DNA of 64,000 nt. Origin: Myxococcales bacterium (GTDB lineage Bacteria > Myxococcota_A > UBA9042). Positions 9,280-19,011 of this stretch are shown here, one piece after another; positions within the stretch are counted from its first letter, which is position 1; every line of letters starts with the position of its first letter. The translations under genes were made by a program, and so were the position numbers. The notes under the pieces are model-generated. The model was not told where the DNA came from, made no database searches, and worked only from the letters and a program-made list of their open reading frames with translations. The stretch covers positions 1 to 64,000 of the forward strand of contig JBBISH010000018.1 of assembly GCA_037441385.1 (NCBI GenBank), in the 5' to 3' direction.

Positions 9280-11208
9280 ATGCGCCCCGATTTTAAAGCG
9301 AATACAAGCCGTTTGACCCCGATCCTCCTCAGCCTGGCGGCGACTGTGACCCTTGACGTGGCGGTGACCCCGGCGGTGGCTCTTGCGGGTCCCGCGCCGG
9401 CGGCGGCGCCGAGCAAGCTGACCCCCAAGGACAACGCGCTGAACGCCGTGCGCAGCGGCCTGAAATCGGCGGACTTTACCGCGCGTGGCATGGCCTACCG
9501 CGGACTCGTGTTCGACAAGGGCAACAAGGACCTGAAGAAGCAGCTGGAAGACGGCACCACCGACCCGCAATGGGTGGTGCGGGCTGGCGTGGCCTACGCG
9601 CTCCACGCGACTGGCAACCCGATGTGGCGCAAGGTGATTCACGACGCGCTGACGATGCCCGTGCTGTCGCCGCTGGAAGTGCTGCCGATCATCGAGGAAC
9701 TGCCCGAGAAAGACGGCGTCGCGATCCTGCTGGAAGTCTTGGCCGACAAGGAGCACGACCAGCACGACAAGATCGTCGCAGGCCTGATCGCGCGCAACCG
9801 CGCCCTGCTTACACCGTTCTTTGTGGCGGCGCTGTCGAGCAAAGAGGCGCTGGTCAGCGGCGCGGCGCAGAAGGCCTTGAAAAAGCTGGACCCCGTGTTG
9901 CAGGGCAAGACGCTGGAGGCGGTGGCCAAGGCGCAGGCGGCCAATGACCCGGTGACCAAGGTGCTGCTGGATATCGCGCAGGCCACCGACGAGCGGCTGG
10001 GCGTGCCGTACCTGGCGTTTGCCAAGACCAAGGACGCGGCGATCCTGGATCGCATCGTGGTCATGCGCGCCCTGCACGGCGACCGCACGGTGGGCAAGGC
10101 CCTGATCGCCCTGGCGGTTCGCAGCAAGGACAAGGCCCAGCTCGAGGCGCTGTCGGCTTATCGCCGCATCGCGGACAAAGACGACGCCGCGGGCCTCAAG
10201 CCGATCCTGGGCCAGGGTCCGACGCCGGACATCCTGTTCCAGGTCTACGAGATCTTGGCGCGTTCTGGCGATCGCTCGATGCAGAAGGAAGCGCAGACCC
10301 TGGCCGATTCGACCGATGTGGATGTGCGCGCGACCGGCGTGTTCTACCTGGGCTGGGTCGGCGGCGCCGGTCGCATCAGCGAGATGCACAAGTACTTGGT
10401 CGACGGGATCCCAGGCGTGCGCATTGCCGCGGCGCGGGTGCTGGCGCACATTTCCAGCCCGATCTCGGTGGCGCCGCTCAAAGAGGCGATGGAGGCCGAG
10501 CGCGACGAGAAGGTCCGCCTGGAATTGATCAAGGCCTTGGCGGGGATCAAGCACAAAGATGCCTATCAGGCGCTGGTGTTCTTTACCCGCGAGCGCGACC
10601 CCGAAGTGCGGCGCATCGTGGTGCGGGCCTTGGCCGATTCGGGCGACAACACGGTGCGCGGTGGCCTGCAGAATGCGCTGAATGACAATGATGTTCATAT
10701 TCGGGCCGAGGCGGTGCGCGGCTTCATCCTGAGCGACGTGGCCAAGGCCGCGGATGTGTGGAAGCGCTCGCTGCGCTGGCTGCCGCGCGGCGTAGTGCTA
10801 GAGCTGACGCGCGAGCTCAACAAGACCATGGAAGGCTTCTTGGAGCTGGCGCTGAGCGACGCCGGCCGCGACGACAACGCCATCCTGGTGCGCGAGGAAG
10901 CGCTGATTGCGCTGCATCTTTTGCCCGAGGCCGAGCAGCGCATCCTGTTCAAGCTGCTGGAGACGACGGACGACGAAGACCTGAAGATTCGCCTGCTTCG
11001 CCAGCTTCTGGACATGGACAAGGCCAAAGTGGCGGTCGCGGTCAAATCCACGGCGCTGCAGTCGGGCGTGCGGGCGCGGGTGGCGGCGATTCGGATGCTG
11101 GGCAAGCTCAAGGGCGACAAGGAAGTGCCCGACCTGCTGAACCGCTTCATGGAAGAGCCCGACGAGCGCTTGCGCATTGCCGCGGCCCTTACCCTGCTGG
11201 GTGGCTAG
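9280..11208 (+). CDS. Exported HEAT-repeat protein
   Basis: Signal peptide; repeated D.D..VR..A...L motifs; GGAG RBS. Confidence 0.85.
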   Translation: MRPDFKANTSRLTPILLSLAATVTLDVAVTPAVALAGPAPAAAPSKLTPKDNALNAVRSGLKSADFTARGMAYRGLVFDKGNKDLKKQLEDGTTDPQWVVRAGVAYALHATGNPMWRKVIHDALTMPVLSPLEVLPIIEELPEKDGVAILLEVLADKEHDQHDKIVAGLIARNRALLTPFFVAALSSKEALVSGAAQKALKKLDPVLQGKTLEAVAKAQAANDPVTKVLLDIAQATDERLGVPYLAFAKTKDAAILDRIVVMRALHGDRTVGKALIALAVRSKDKAQLEALSAYRRIADKDDAAGLKPILGQGPTPDILFQVYEILARSGDRSMQKEAQTLADSTDVDVRATGVFYLGWVGGAGRISEMHKYLVDGIPGVRIAAARVLAHISSPISVAPLKEAMEAERDEKVRLELIKALAGIKHKDAYQALVFFTRERDPEVRRIVVRALADSGDNTVRGGLQNALNDNDVHIRAEAVRGFILSDVAKAADVWKRSLRWLPRGVVLELTRELNKTMEGFLELALSDAGRDDNAILVREEALIALHLLPEAEQRILFKLLETTDDEDLKIRLLRQLLDMDKAKVAVAVKSTALQSGVRARVAAIRMLGKLKGDKEVPDLLNRFMEEPDERLRIAAALTLLGG

Positions 11209-11211
11209 CCC

Positions 11212-12021
11212 ATGGCGCCAGCGCGGCGACACGCCCCCTATCTGTTCGTTGTAGCTGGGCTTTTTGCCTGCAACTCCCCGCCGCCGGCCGCACCCGCGGT
11301 CGATGCCGAACAGGCGGTGGCGACCCTGGTCGACGGTTTGGGCCCCTCGCGCCTGTGCCGTGCCGACGGGGACTGTCTGGCCGGCGGCGAGAAGGGCGCG
11401 TGCTCGATGGGCACCTGCTTTGGCTTGCTGACCACCGACAGCCGAGCGATAAGGCGGGTGCTGGTCGACCGTTTGGCGCGGGCGCCGGTGGCCGTGCGGC
11501 AGGCGGCAGGGAAGCGCATCCAGCGCGTGTACAATTCGCCGACGGCGGGAATCGCGACCCGGGTAGCTGTGTTGGAGGCGATGGGCGCGCTGGGTCGCGC
11601 CCACTTGACGGAGGCGGACGGCGAACGGCTGATCTTGCGGTTGGCGCTGAGCGATGGCGATGCCCAGGTGGCGGCGACGGCCCGGGTCGAACTGGCCAGC
11701 CTGGGCGACGCCACGGCGCTGCCGGGACTGACAGAGGATTTGGCGCAAGGCACCGAGTTGCTGCGCGCCGAGGCCGTGCGCGGGCTGCAGGGCTACGCCG
11801 GCACACCGCAAGCCCCTGAGGCCAAAGCTCTAATCTTGACCGCGCTGGCGGACCGCAGCCCGGTGGTGCAACTGGCCGCGCTGCGGGCCTGCCAGCCCTG
11901 GGCCAGCGAGGTCGCTGTCAGGACGGCGCTGGAGCAGTTGGTGCAAGAGCGCGCGCCGCACCTGCGCTACGAAGTCGACAACCTGCTGGCACCTGCCAAA
12001 GCCACTGCAAAGGGACCATGA
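11212..12021 (+). CDS. HEAT-repeat lipoprotein with small Cys motif
   Basis: Lipobox LFAC; CRADGDC..GACSMGTC; HEAT-like repeats. Confidence 0.75.
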   Translation: MAPARRHAPYLFVVAGLFACNSPPPAAPAVDAEQAVATLVDGLGPSRLCRADGDCLAGGEKGACSMGTCFGLLTTDSRAIRRVLVDRLARAPVAVRQAAGKRIQRVYNSPTAGIATRVAVLEAMGALGRAHLTEADGERLILRLALSDGDAQVAATARVELASLGDATALPGLTEDLAQGTELLRAEAVRGLQGYAGTPQAPEAKALILTALADRSPVVQLAALRACQPWASEVAVRTALEQLVQERAPHLRYEVDNLLAPAKATAKGP

Positions 12022-12719
12022 GGACTCGTCATTCTAGCTGGACATGGCTGGCCGTCGTCGCGGCGACCGCTGCGCTGATGGCTTGCGGCAAGACGCCCGA
12101 AGAAGCTCCGACTCAGGCGGCGCCTGCGGCAATTCCCCAGCCGCCCGCGGTGACGGAGGCGGCAGGGCCATGGATTTTCCGCTATTTTTCGCCCACTTCG
12201 GGTGAGTTGATCCCGGCCAAGACCCCCGCGGAGGTGCCCGAGGGTGCGCGCGGCCAAGTCCTGGTGGCCTACGAAGACCCGGCGCTGCAAGGGCCGTGGC
12301 TGTTCGTGGCGGACCTGACCAAGGCCGAAGGTGGCAACTACACCGTCCGGGCCGTGGCGCGGCAGGAGATCGAGGCGCAGCACGCCCCAGCGCCGGCCGC
12401 CAACGTGGCAGCCCAGGCCGCGCCCGCCGAAGCGCCCGCCAAACCCGCCGCAGCGGTGGCCGACGGCGAGGTCATCATCTACCGCACCCAGTGGTGCGGC
12501 TACTGCAAGAAGGCCGCCGAGTACCTGACCCTCAAGAAGATTCCGTTTGTCGAGAAGGATCTGGAGCGCGACCCCGGCGCCCGCCAAGACATGCTGGCGC
12601 GGGCGCAGAAGGCCGGTGTGCCGCAGCAAAGGCTGCAAGGCGTGCCGATCCTGTGGGTGCGCGGGCACTTGATTCCCGGGTTCGACCGCGGGGCGATTGA
12701 CCGGGCGTTGGGCGGGTAG
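12018..12719 (+). CDS. Lipoprotein with C-terminal glutaredoxin/NrdH-like domain
   Basis: Lipobox LMAC; WCGYC active site; GVP and GFD motifs. Confidence 0.85.
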   Translation: MRTRHSSWTWLAVVAATAALMACGKTPEEAPTQAAPAAIPQPPAVTEAAGPWIFRYFSPTSGELIPAKTPAEVPEGARGQVLVAYEDPALQGPWLFVADLTKAEGGNYTVRAVARQEIEAQHAPAPAANVAAQAAPAEAPAKPAAAVADGEVIIYRTQWCGYCKKAAEYLTLKKIPFVEKDLERDPGARQDMLARAQKAGVPQQRLQGVPILWVRGHLIPGFDRGAIDRALGG

Positions 12720-12775
12720 AGCGAGCCCGGAGCGGGATCTACAAGCTGCGGGGCGGCTTCCGGTTCCGGTCCTCA

Positions 12776-12907
12776 TACCAGTTCCGTCCGAATCTTATCG
12801 AAAACACGGGCAATTTTTCGGGCCCGAACCGGGGTACCCGCCTGATTCTCGCCAGTTGCAGAATTGGTCAGAGAAGCCGTACAGGCGCGAATCAGGTGGG
12901 GTGCGTA
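12776..12907 (+). mobile_element. 132-bp MITE-like repeat, copy 1
   Basis: TAC...GTA ends, flanked by TCA/TAA; homologous to copies at 27689, 31402, 50395 and 60571. Confidence 0.85.
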
Positions 12908-12910
12908 TAA

Positions 12911-14224
12911 CTACTGAGGATCCTTGACCACCACCTCGCCACGCTGGACCTGAATCGTGATCCGGCCCTGGCCCGGGCGATCGACCTCGATGAGCACCGA
13001 CGAACCGGCCTCGCCGCGGATGCGCTCGACCACCTGCGACAGTTGCAGGCCGTCCACGCCGCCGCGATCCACCGCCACGATGCGATCGCCGACCTGCAGG
13101 CCCGCTTTGCCCGCGGGGGAGTCGTCCATCAGACTACCGACCACGATCGCGTCGCCGTCGCGGCGCAGGCTGGCGCCGATGCCCTGAAAGGCAAAGTGTT
13201 CGCCGGGTTGGCGCACGGCGAGGGTGACGTCGCGCTGGGCGGTGCCGCCATCGGCGACTTCGATGCCGCTGACGATCTCGGCGCGGTACTCGGGGTGGGC
13301 GACCCGCAGCGACACACGGCCCGGTGGCACGCCCTTGACCTCGAACTTGCCGTCAGCATCGGTGGTCGCCATGGCGCCTGGACCGCTCGCGATGGGATCG
13401 GCGGACAGCACCTGGGCGTTGGCAATGGGTTGCCCGTCCTTTCGCGAGGTGACGCGACCGCGGACACTCGCGCCCAGCGGCAGCGTGATGACCACGTCGG
13501 CACGGCCGGCCGGCAGCACGCTGACGCCGTTCGCCACGCCGGGGACACGGCCGGGCTGTTCGGCACGGAGGTCGTAGGTACCCGGTTTCACAGACGGAAA
13601 TTCGAAGCGCCCCTCGGCGTCGGTCACCTGATGGTCGGGCCGCTTGTGGGCCGGAGGCGAACCAGGGTCGGGGCGAAATTGCGTCACGATCACGCGCGTT
13701 TGTGGCACGCCCCTGCCCTGCGGGTCGACCACCCGCCCCTGCAATTTGCCGCCCGCGCGCAGAGTGAGCAGCCAGTGGCCCCCCAATTGCGGCGTACTTG
13801 GGTCGGACGGGCTGAAATTCTCGTGACTGGCCACCACCGGCCCCACGTCGCTGGCCACGTCGAACTGGCCCAGGGCGTCAGTCACGGACAGGACCCGTTG
13901 CGCGGGATCCGCCGTAACGATTTGGGCATAGGGGGCTGGCTGCCCCTCAGGCGTCACCACGCTGCCGTGCACCAGTCGCAACGGCTCGTCCACTGCGGTG
14001 GGCGGCGCGGGCGGCTTGGGCAACTGCGGGCGCGCCACGGGCGGCGGCGGCGGTGCCGGCGGCGGCAGCAGAGGCTTGGGTGCCGGCCGCTCCACGGGCT
14101 GCACAGGCTCGGGATCATCGGCAATCGCGGGTGGTCGCTCGGGGTCCGCGGTCAGCGACCACACCAGCGCGGCGATCGTCGCCACCACCAGCAACCCCAG
14201 CGCAACCCAGCCCCAACGTCGCAT
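12911..14224 (-). CDS. Membrane-anchored protein with carboxypeptidase-regulatory-like repeats and C-terminal PDZ domain
   Basis: N-terminal TM; TDA.G.F repeats; FQGIGASL..SPAGKAGLQVGDRI PDZ motif. Confidence 0.85.
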   Translation of the reverse strand: MRRWGWVALGLLVVATIAALVWSLTADPERPPAIADDPEPVQPVERPAPKPLLPPPAPPPPPVARPQLPKPPAPPTAVDEPLRLVHGSVVTPEGQPAPYAQIVTADPAQRVLSVTDALGQFDVASDVGPVVASHENFSPSDPSTPQLGGHWLLTLRAGGKLQGRVVDPQGRGVPQTRVIVTQFRPDPGSPPAHKRPDHQVTDAEGRFEFPSVKPGTYDLRAEQPGRVPGVANGVSVLPAGRADVVITLPLGASVRGRVTSRKDGQPIANAQVLSADPIASGPGAMATTDADGKFEVKGVPPGRVSLRVAHPEYRAEIVSGIEVADGGTAQRDVTLAVRQPGEHFAFQGIGASLRRDGDAIVVGSLMDDSPAGKAGLQVGDRIVAVDRGGVDGLQLSQVVERIRGEAGSSVLIEVDRPGQGRITIQVQRGEVVVKDPQ

Positions 14225-14373
14225 CGCAACCGCGCGCGCGCCTGCAACGGCGCTCCCGGGCACAGATTGTGCGGGCAATGCCGCGCCAGCGCCACCGTGG
14301 TGGCGGGCCACTCGACAATTCAGCTATTTCCCCCGATACTTGCCGGCTGCCGCGCGTGCGGACGGGCACCAGC

Positions 14374-14895
14374 ATGAGCCAACTCGCCAGCAGCGACGAC
14401 GACGACGACAAGCCGGTCAAGGCCGGTCCTAACTACATGACGCCCAACGGCTTTGCCACGATGGTGACCGAGCGCGATCATCTCCGCCGGGTCGAGCGCC
14501 CCAAGGTGGTGAACGAGGTCGCGGACGCTGCAGCAATGGGCGATCGCTCAGAAAATGCCGAATACATCTACGGAAAGCGCCGGCTGCGCGAGATCGACCG
14601 CCGCCTGCGCTTCTTGGATCAGCGCTTGGATCGGGCGGTGGTGGTCGATCCCAAGCAAGCCGCGCGCACCGATCAGGTGTTTTTTGGCGCCACCGTGACC
14701 GCCGAAGACGACGACGGCAACCAACGCACCTGGACTTTGGTCGGCGAAGACGAGGCCGATCTGGCGGCCGGCCGCATCAGCCACCGCTCGCCGGTGGGCG
14801 CCGCCCTGCTGGGCAAGCGCAAAGACGACGAAGTCCGGGTACAAACCCCAAGTGGAGTCAAGTGTTACTACGTCATCCACATCACCTATTCCTAG
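14374..14895 (+). CDS. greB: Transcription elongation factor GreB
   Basis: NYMTP, AAAMGDRSENAEYIYGKRRLREIDRR and SPVGAALLGK motifs. Confidence 0.93.
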   Translation: MSQLASSDDDDDKPVKAGPNYMTPNGFATMVTERDHLRRVERPKVVNEVADAAAMGDRSENAEYIYGKRRLREIDRRLRFLDQRLDRAVVVDPKQAARTDQVFFGATVTAEDDDGNQRTWTLVGEDEADLAAGRISHRSPVGAALLGKRKDDEVRVQTPSGVKCYYVIHITYS

Positions 14896-16118
14896 CGGTG
14901 CTGGCCAGCCTGGTCCTGCTGGCAACCACGGTCGCCGCCGAGGAGCCAGCCAAGGTCACACTTGGCATCGACGTGCTGCTCAGCGATCGCATCGACCTGG
15001 TGCAGGGCAAGCGCGTGGGCCTGCTCACCAATCCGTCGGCGGTCGACGGCCAGTTGGTCCCCACGCTGGACCGCCTGCGCCACGACCCGCGCGTCAAGCT
15101 GGTGCAGCTCTATGCCCCCGAGCACGGCCTGGCCGGCGCCACCGCCAACGGCACCAGCAACCGCCCAGGTATCGAGCCCAGCACCGGGCTGCCCATCGAA
15201 GGGCTGTTCGGCGGTCAAGGCGCCCCCAGTCAAGAGAGCTTGGGCAAGCTCGACGCCGTGATCTTTGACATCCAAGACATTGGCTCGCGCACCTACACCT
15301 TTGTGTCCACGCTGGGCAAGCTGATGTACGCCGCCAAGTCCGCGGGCGTGACCGTGATCGTGCTCGACCGGCCCAACCCCCACGGCGGCCTGACCGTGGA
15401 AGGGCCGATGCGCCAACCCAAGTACAAGTCGCTCATCGGCTGGGGGCCGTTCCCGGTGACCCACGGCATGACCATCGGCGAAGTGGCCGACTTCTATAAC
15501 AAAGAACTCAAGATCGGCTGCAAGCTGGAAGTCGTGAAGATGAAGGGCTGGCGGCGCAGCATGCTGTGGGACGACACCGGCCTGACCTGGGTTCCGCCGT
15601 CGCCTGGCATCCCCAAGCCTTTGAATGCAGTGCTCTATGTCGCAACTGGCATGGTATGTGGCTCGGGTCCGAACTGCAATGAAGGCGGCGGCAACGCCAT
15701 GCCGTTCGAACTCATCGGCGCACCGTGGATCGACCCGGCCATCTTCGCCAACGCCTTGAACGAACAAGCCAAGAGCATCGACGGGGTGCGCAACCTGCAT
15801 TTCCGCGCCATGACGTGGTTGCCGTGGCACGGCCAGTACGACGGCAAGACTGTGCACGGCGTGCAGCTCCACCTAAAGAGTTACAAGGACTTCCGACCGC
15901 TGCGCACCGCGCTGCTCATCCTCACGACCTTGCAGAAGCACTTTGGCAGCCAGCTGAAGATCGCCGACCCGCACCGCTTTGGCCGGGTCTGGGGCAACGA
16001 CGACGTGCTGCAGATGCTCCGCGCCGGCCGCGACTGGCAGAGCATCGAAGCCTCGTGGCAAGATGAGCTGACCGCCTTTGGCAGTGTGCGCGCACGCCAC
16101 CTGATGTACGAACCCTGA
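14862..16118 (+). CDS. DUF1343 / NamZ-like exo-beta-N-acetylmuramidase
   Basis: GLLTN, PEHG, FDIQDIGSRTYTF, LDRPNP, HGMTIGE and WVPPSP motifs. Confidence 0.9.
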   Translation: MLLRHPHHLFLAVLASLVLLATTVAAEEPAKVTLGIDVLLSDRIDLVQGKRVGLLTNPSAVDGQLVPTLDRLRHDPRVKLVQLYAPEHGLAGATANGTSNRPGIEPSTGLPIEGLFGGQGAPSQESLGKLDAVIFDIQDIGSRTYTFVSTLGKLMYAAKSAGVTVIVLDRPNPHGGLTVEGPMRQPKYKSLIGWGPFPVTHGMTIGEVADFYNKELKIGCKLEVVKMKGWRRSMLWDDTGLTWVPPSPGIPKPLNAVLYVATGMVCGSGPNCNEGGGNAMPFELIGAPWIDPAIFANALNEQAKSIDGVRNLHFRAMTWLPWHGQYDGKTVHGVQLHLKSYKDFRPLRTALLILTTLQKHFGSQLKIADPHRFGRVWGNDDVLQMLRAGRDWQSIEASWQDELTAFGSVRARHLMYEP

Positions 16119-16141
16119 GCGAACCCTGACGGAGCGACGCA

Positions 16142-16990
16142 ATGGCGGCGAACCTGCGCGACCCTGGATTTGGCCACCTGCTCGGCCACTTCGACACCAC
16201 CGTCGCGGTGATGTACCTGGACGCGGCCGACGTGGCCCAATGGCTACCGCCGGGCCTGGTGCTGGCTTCGGCCGGTCCCGGCCGCGAAGGCACCCACCCC
16301 GTCTTGTGCATGGTGGCCAAGGGCTACCAGTTGGCACTGTCCGTGTTCCCGATCGGGACGATGCGGGCCAACGTGGTGGGGATCATGGTGCCCGGTGTGG
16401 CGATCAAGGGCCAGGAAGACTTGGGCATTTTCAGCCACACCCTGCACTGGTGGTGCGATCGGACTTGGAAGCAACGCCTGGGCGCGCGCTGGCTGGGGTT
16501 GCCCAGTGGCCCCGAGGCCCCCGTTTTCAGTGCGCCGACCAACAGCTGGAGTGTAGAGATTCCAGGCTATTGCAAGATCTCGGTGCAAGAAAATGGCCGC
16601 TTCCCCGACTGGCCGCGCGCGCGAGCGCTGGTGCCGGTGATTCAGCAGCCGCTTCTGGCCCAGCGGGGCGGCAAGTGGATGGCGGCCGGCCTGTACTGGA
16701 ACCTGGGCGACGCGGACATGCGCGACGCGACCGTCACGGTGGAATTGCTCCCCAAGGTCAGCCAGCGGCCCGGCTATCCAGGGGTTGCCGTGCAACGGCG
16801 CGTAGAGGGTTTGGTCGAGCCCGAAGCGGGCGGCGTGCTGCGGCTCGCCTCGGACTGGACCCTGACCCGGCGCCGATCCATCACGGCGGGCTGGAGCACT
16901 TGGCGCGCCCGCCCCACCATGCGCCTGCGGGCCGACACCGCGGTCATCGACGTGGCCAGCCCCAAGCCCACCGCACCCGTCGAACCCTGA
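16142..16990 (+). CDS. Hypothetical protein (possibly acetoacetate-decarboxylase/DUF2071-like fold)
   Basis: Continuous ORF within the operon; WLPPGLVL..HPV resembles the N-terminus of that fold (weak). Confidence 0.55.
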   Translation: MAANLRDPGFGHLLGHFDTTVAVMYLDAADVAQWLPPGLVLASAGPGREGTHPVLCMVAKGYQLALSVFPIGTMRANVVGIMVPGVAIKGQEDLGIFSHTLHWWCDRTWKQRLGARWLGLPSGPEAPVFSAPTNSWSVEIPGYCKISVQENGRFPDWPRARALVPVIQQPLLAQRGGKWMAAGLYWNLGDADMRDATVTVELLPKVSQRPGYPGVAVQRRVEGLVEPEAGGVLRLASDWTLTRRRSITAGWSTWRARPTMRLRADTAVIDVASPKPTAPVEP

Positions 16991-17146
16991 ACGGGCGGGC
17001 AATTTGATTTGAGGATGCGCAGCCGATAGGATCCTGGGTCTGCGTCCAGCGTCGGTCGCGCTCGTCCACTTGGCCAAGCCGGCGCCAAAGGCCCACCGCC
17101 CACGTTCCCTCAGCGCGGCCCAAGCGCCGCATCTTTCAGGAGATCC

Positions 17147-17584
17147 ATGCGCATCTTGACCGTTCTTGTCGCTTCTGGCCTCGCCCTCGCCCTGTCGGCA
17201 TGCGACTCGGGCACGTCGTCGACCAGCAGCACCACCACGACCGACACCAGCAGCGGCTCGGACAGCAGCAGCGGCAAGGATTCCACGGCCGGCGGCGACA
17301 CGAGCACCGCAGCGGACACCACGACTCAAGATACAGCGGCCGCCAAGTCAACCTGGGCCGACGTCAAGGACATCTTCTCGGCCAGGTGCGCCACGGCCGG
17401 CTGTCACGACGCCGCGACCAAGGAAAAGGGCTTCGACGCCACCACCTGCAGTTCGATGACGGCCACCAAGGTCAAGTCGAACGTTGGCGCCGGCATGATG
17501 CCGCCCAAGGGCTCGCCCGCGCTGACCGCCGACGAAAAGGCCAAGATTGCTCAGTGGTTCACTGACGGCACTGTCTGCCAGTAG
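17147..17584 (+). CDS. Lipoprotein with Ser/Thr linker and putative c-type cytochrome domain
   Basis: AGGAG RBS; lipobox LSAC; CATAGCH; MMPP; LTADEKAKIAQW. Confidence 0.8.
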   Translation: MRILTVLVASGLALALSACDSGTSSTSSTTTTDTSSGSDSSSGKDSTAGGDTSTAADTTTQDTAAAKSTWADVKDIFSARCATAGCHDAATKEKGFDATTCSSMTATKVKSNVGAGMMPPKGSPALTADEKAKIAQWFTDGTVCQ

Positions 17585-17592
17585 CCGCCCAA

Positions 17593-17655
17593 GCCAATGC
17601 CACGCTCCGGCGTCGGGCTGCCTGCGGGCAAGCCGGTCGGGGCGTTGGCCTTTTT
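17593..17655 (+). terminator. Possible intrinsic terminator
   Basis: GC-rich imperfect hairpin followed by TTTTT just after the stop at 17584. Confidence 0.4.
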
Positions 17656-17722
17656 GGACCGCGGCGCGCGAAGTTGCCGCCCCAGCCGGCGGCGGTGTAG
17701 GCTCCGCAGCCGAGGTGGCGCG

Positions 17723-18346
17723 TTGGAAGCGGGCTCGGTCAAAAACAGCTTGTACATCCTGGGGATCGACCCTGGGTCGCTCAAGATGGGCTGGGCGGCT
17801 TTGCGGTGCCAGGGCCCGCAGCTGCAGCGCATCGACTCGGGCACGGTCCGAACCGGTGCGCGGGATTCCCTGCCCGAGCGACTGGCGGCGCTGCTGAACG
17901 CCACCACCCGGCTGCTGGACACCTACGCCTTTGACGTGCTGGCCATCGAGGCGGCTTTCATCCGCGAAAATCCCCATACGGCGCTTGTACTTGGCCAAGC
18001 ACGCGGAATCCCGATCGCCCTGGCGGCGGCGCGCGGTCTGCCCGTGTTCGAGTACCCGCCCGCGACGGTCAAGCGCACGTTGGTCGGCTCGGGTCGGGCC
18101 GAAAAAACCCAGATGCAGCGGATGATTCAGACCCTGCTGCGGCTGCCCGAGCTGCCCGCCGAAGACGAGGCGGATGCTCTGGCGGTGGCCATCACCCACG
18201 CCCGCGAAGCCGGGTTTGCAGCGGCGATCCAGCCCAACCGGAGCCGTGCGATTGCGGCAGCCGCGGTCAACGCCGAGGCAACCCCGGCCAACGTGCTGTA
18301 TCTTCAGGCGGTCATGGCCGCCAAGGCCAAAGGGAGGGCGCGGTGA
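17723..18346 (+). CDS. ruvC: Holliday junction resolvase RuvC (start uncertain)
   Basis: ILGIDPG, LGQARG, G.GRAEK.Q and DEADALAVAITH motifs. Confidence 0.93.
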   Translation: MEAGSVKNSLYILGIDPGSLKMGWAALRCQGPQLQRIDSGTVRTGARDSLPERLAALLNATTRLLDTYAFDVLAIEAAFIRENPHTALVLGQARGIPIALAAARGLPVFEYPPATVKRTLVGSGRAEKTQMQRMIQTLLRLPELPAEDEADALAVAITHAREAGFAAAIQPNRSRAIAAAAVNAEATPANVLYLQAVMAAKAKGRAR

Positions 18347-18957
18347 TCGCATATCTGCGCGGGATCTGCCAAGCCGTCGAAGACGACGCGTTGGTCATCG
18401 ACGTCCACGGCGTGGGCTATCTGGTCTACGTCGCCGAGCCCGACCGCCTGCGCCACCAGCGCGGCCACGACGCCGAGCTGCTGGTGCACACCGAGGTCCG
18501 CGAAGACGCGATCCTGCTCTATGGTTTTGCCACGGTGGGCGCGCGCGATCTGTTCCGAACCCTACTTACTGTGCCGGGTGTGGGGCCCAAGGCGGCGCTG
18601 GCGATGCTGTCGGCCATGGAGCCCGCGCAGCTGAGCGCGGCCATTTCGGGGGGACGCGTGGCCGATCTGACCCGCGCCAAGGGCATTGGCAAGAAGACCG
18701 CCGAGACCATCATCGTCAAGCTCCGCGACCGGTTGCCGCCCCTGCCCGGACTGCAGGGCACGGCCGTGGCGGCGCCGCTGCCAGGCGGCCACCCGTTGCA
18801 GACCGACCTGATCTCGGCGCTTTTGAACCTGGGCTACCGGCAGCAAGCGGCCGAGGCCGCGACGCAACAGGTGCTGGGCGACCAACCGCAGGCGGCGCTG
18901 GATCAGGCCCTGCGGGCGGCCCTGGCCGTGCTCCGCCGACCGACGATTGCGCTGTAG
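18343..18957 (+). CDS. ruvA: Holliday junction branch migration protein RuvA
   Basis: MIAYLRG, GVGY, VREDAILLYGF, GVGPKAA and GIGKKTA motifs. Confidence 0.96.
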   Translation: MIAYLRGICQAVEDDALVIDVHGVGYLVYVAEPDRLRHQRGHDAELLVHTEVREDAILLYGFATVGARDLFRTLLTVPGVGPKAALAMLSAMEPAQLSAAISGGRVADLTRAKGIGKKTAETIIVKLRDRLPPLPGLQGTAVAAPLPGGHPLQTDLISALLNLGYRQQAAEAATQQVLGDQPQAALDQALRAALAVLRRPTIAL

Positions 18958-19011
18958 CCGCTCACCTGTTTGCTGAACCAAGCCAACCACTTGCCCCGCG
19001 AGAACCACTGC

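Noticed and set aside
8161..10698. Long antisense ORFs (845 aa here; also 56694-58619, 61394-63472 and others)
   Set aside because: Shadow frames of well-supported genes in GC-rich DNA, with no recognisable motifs.
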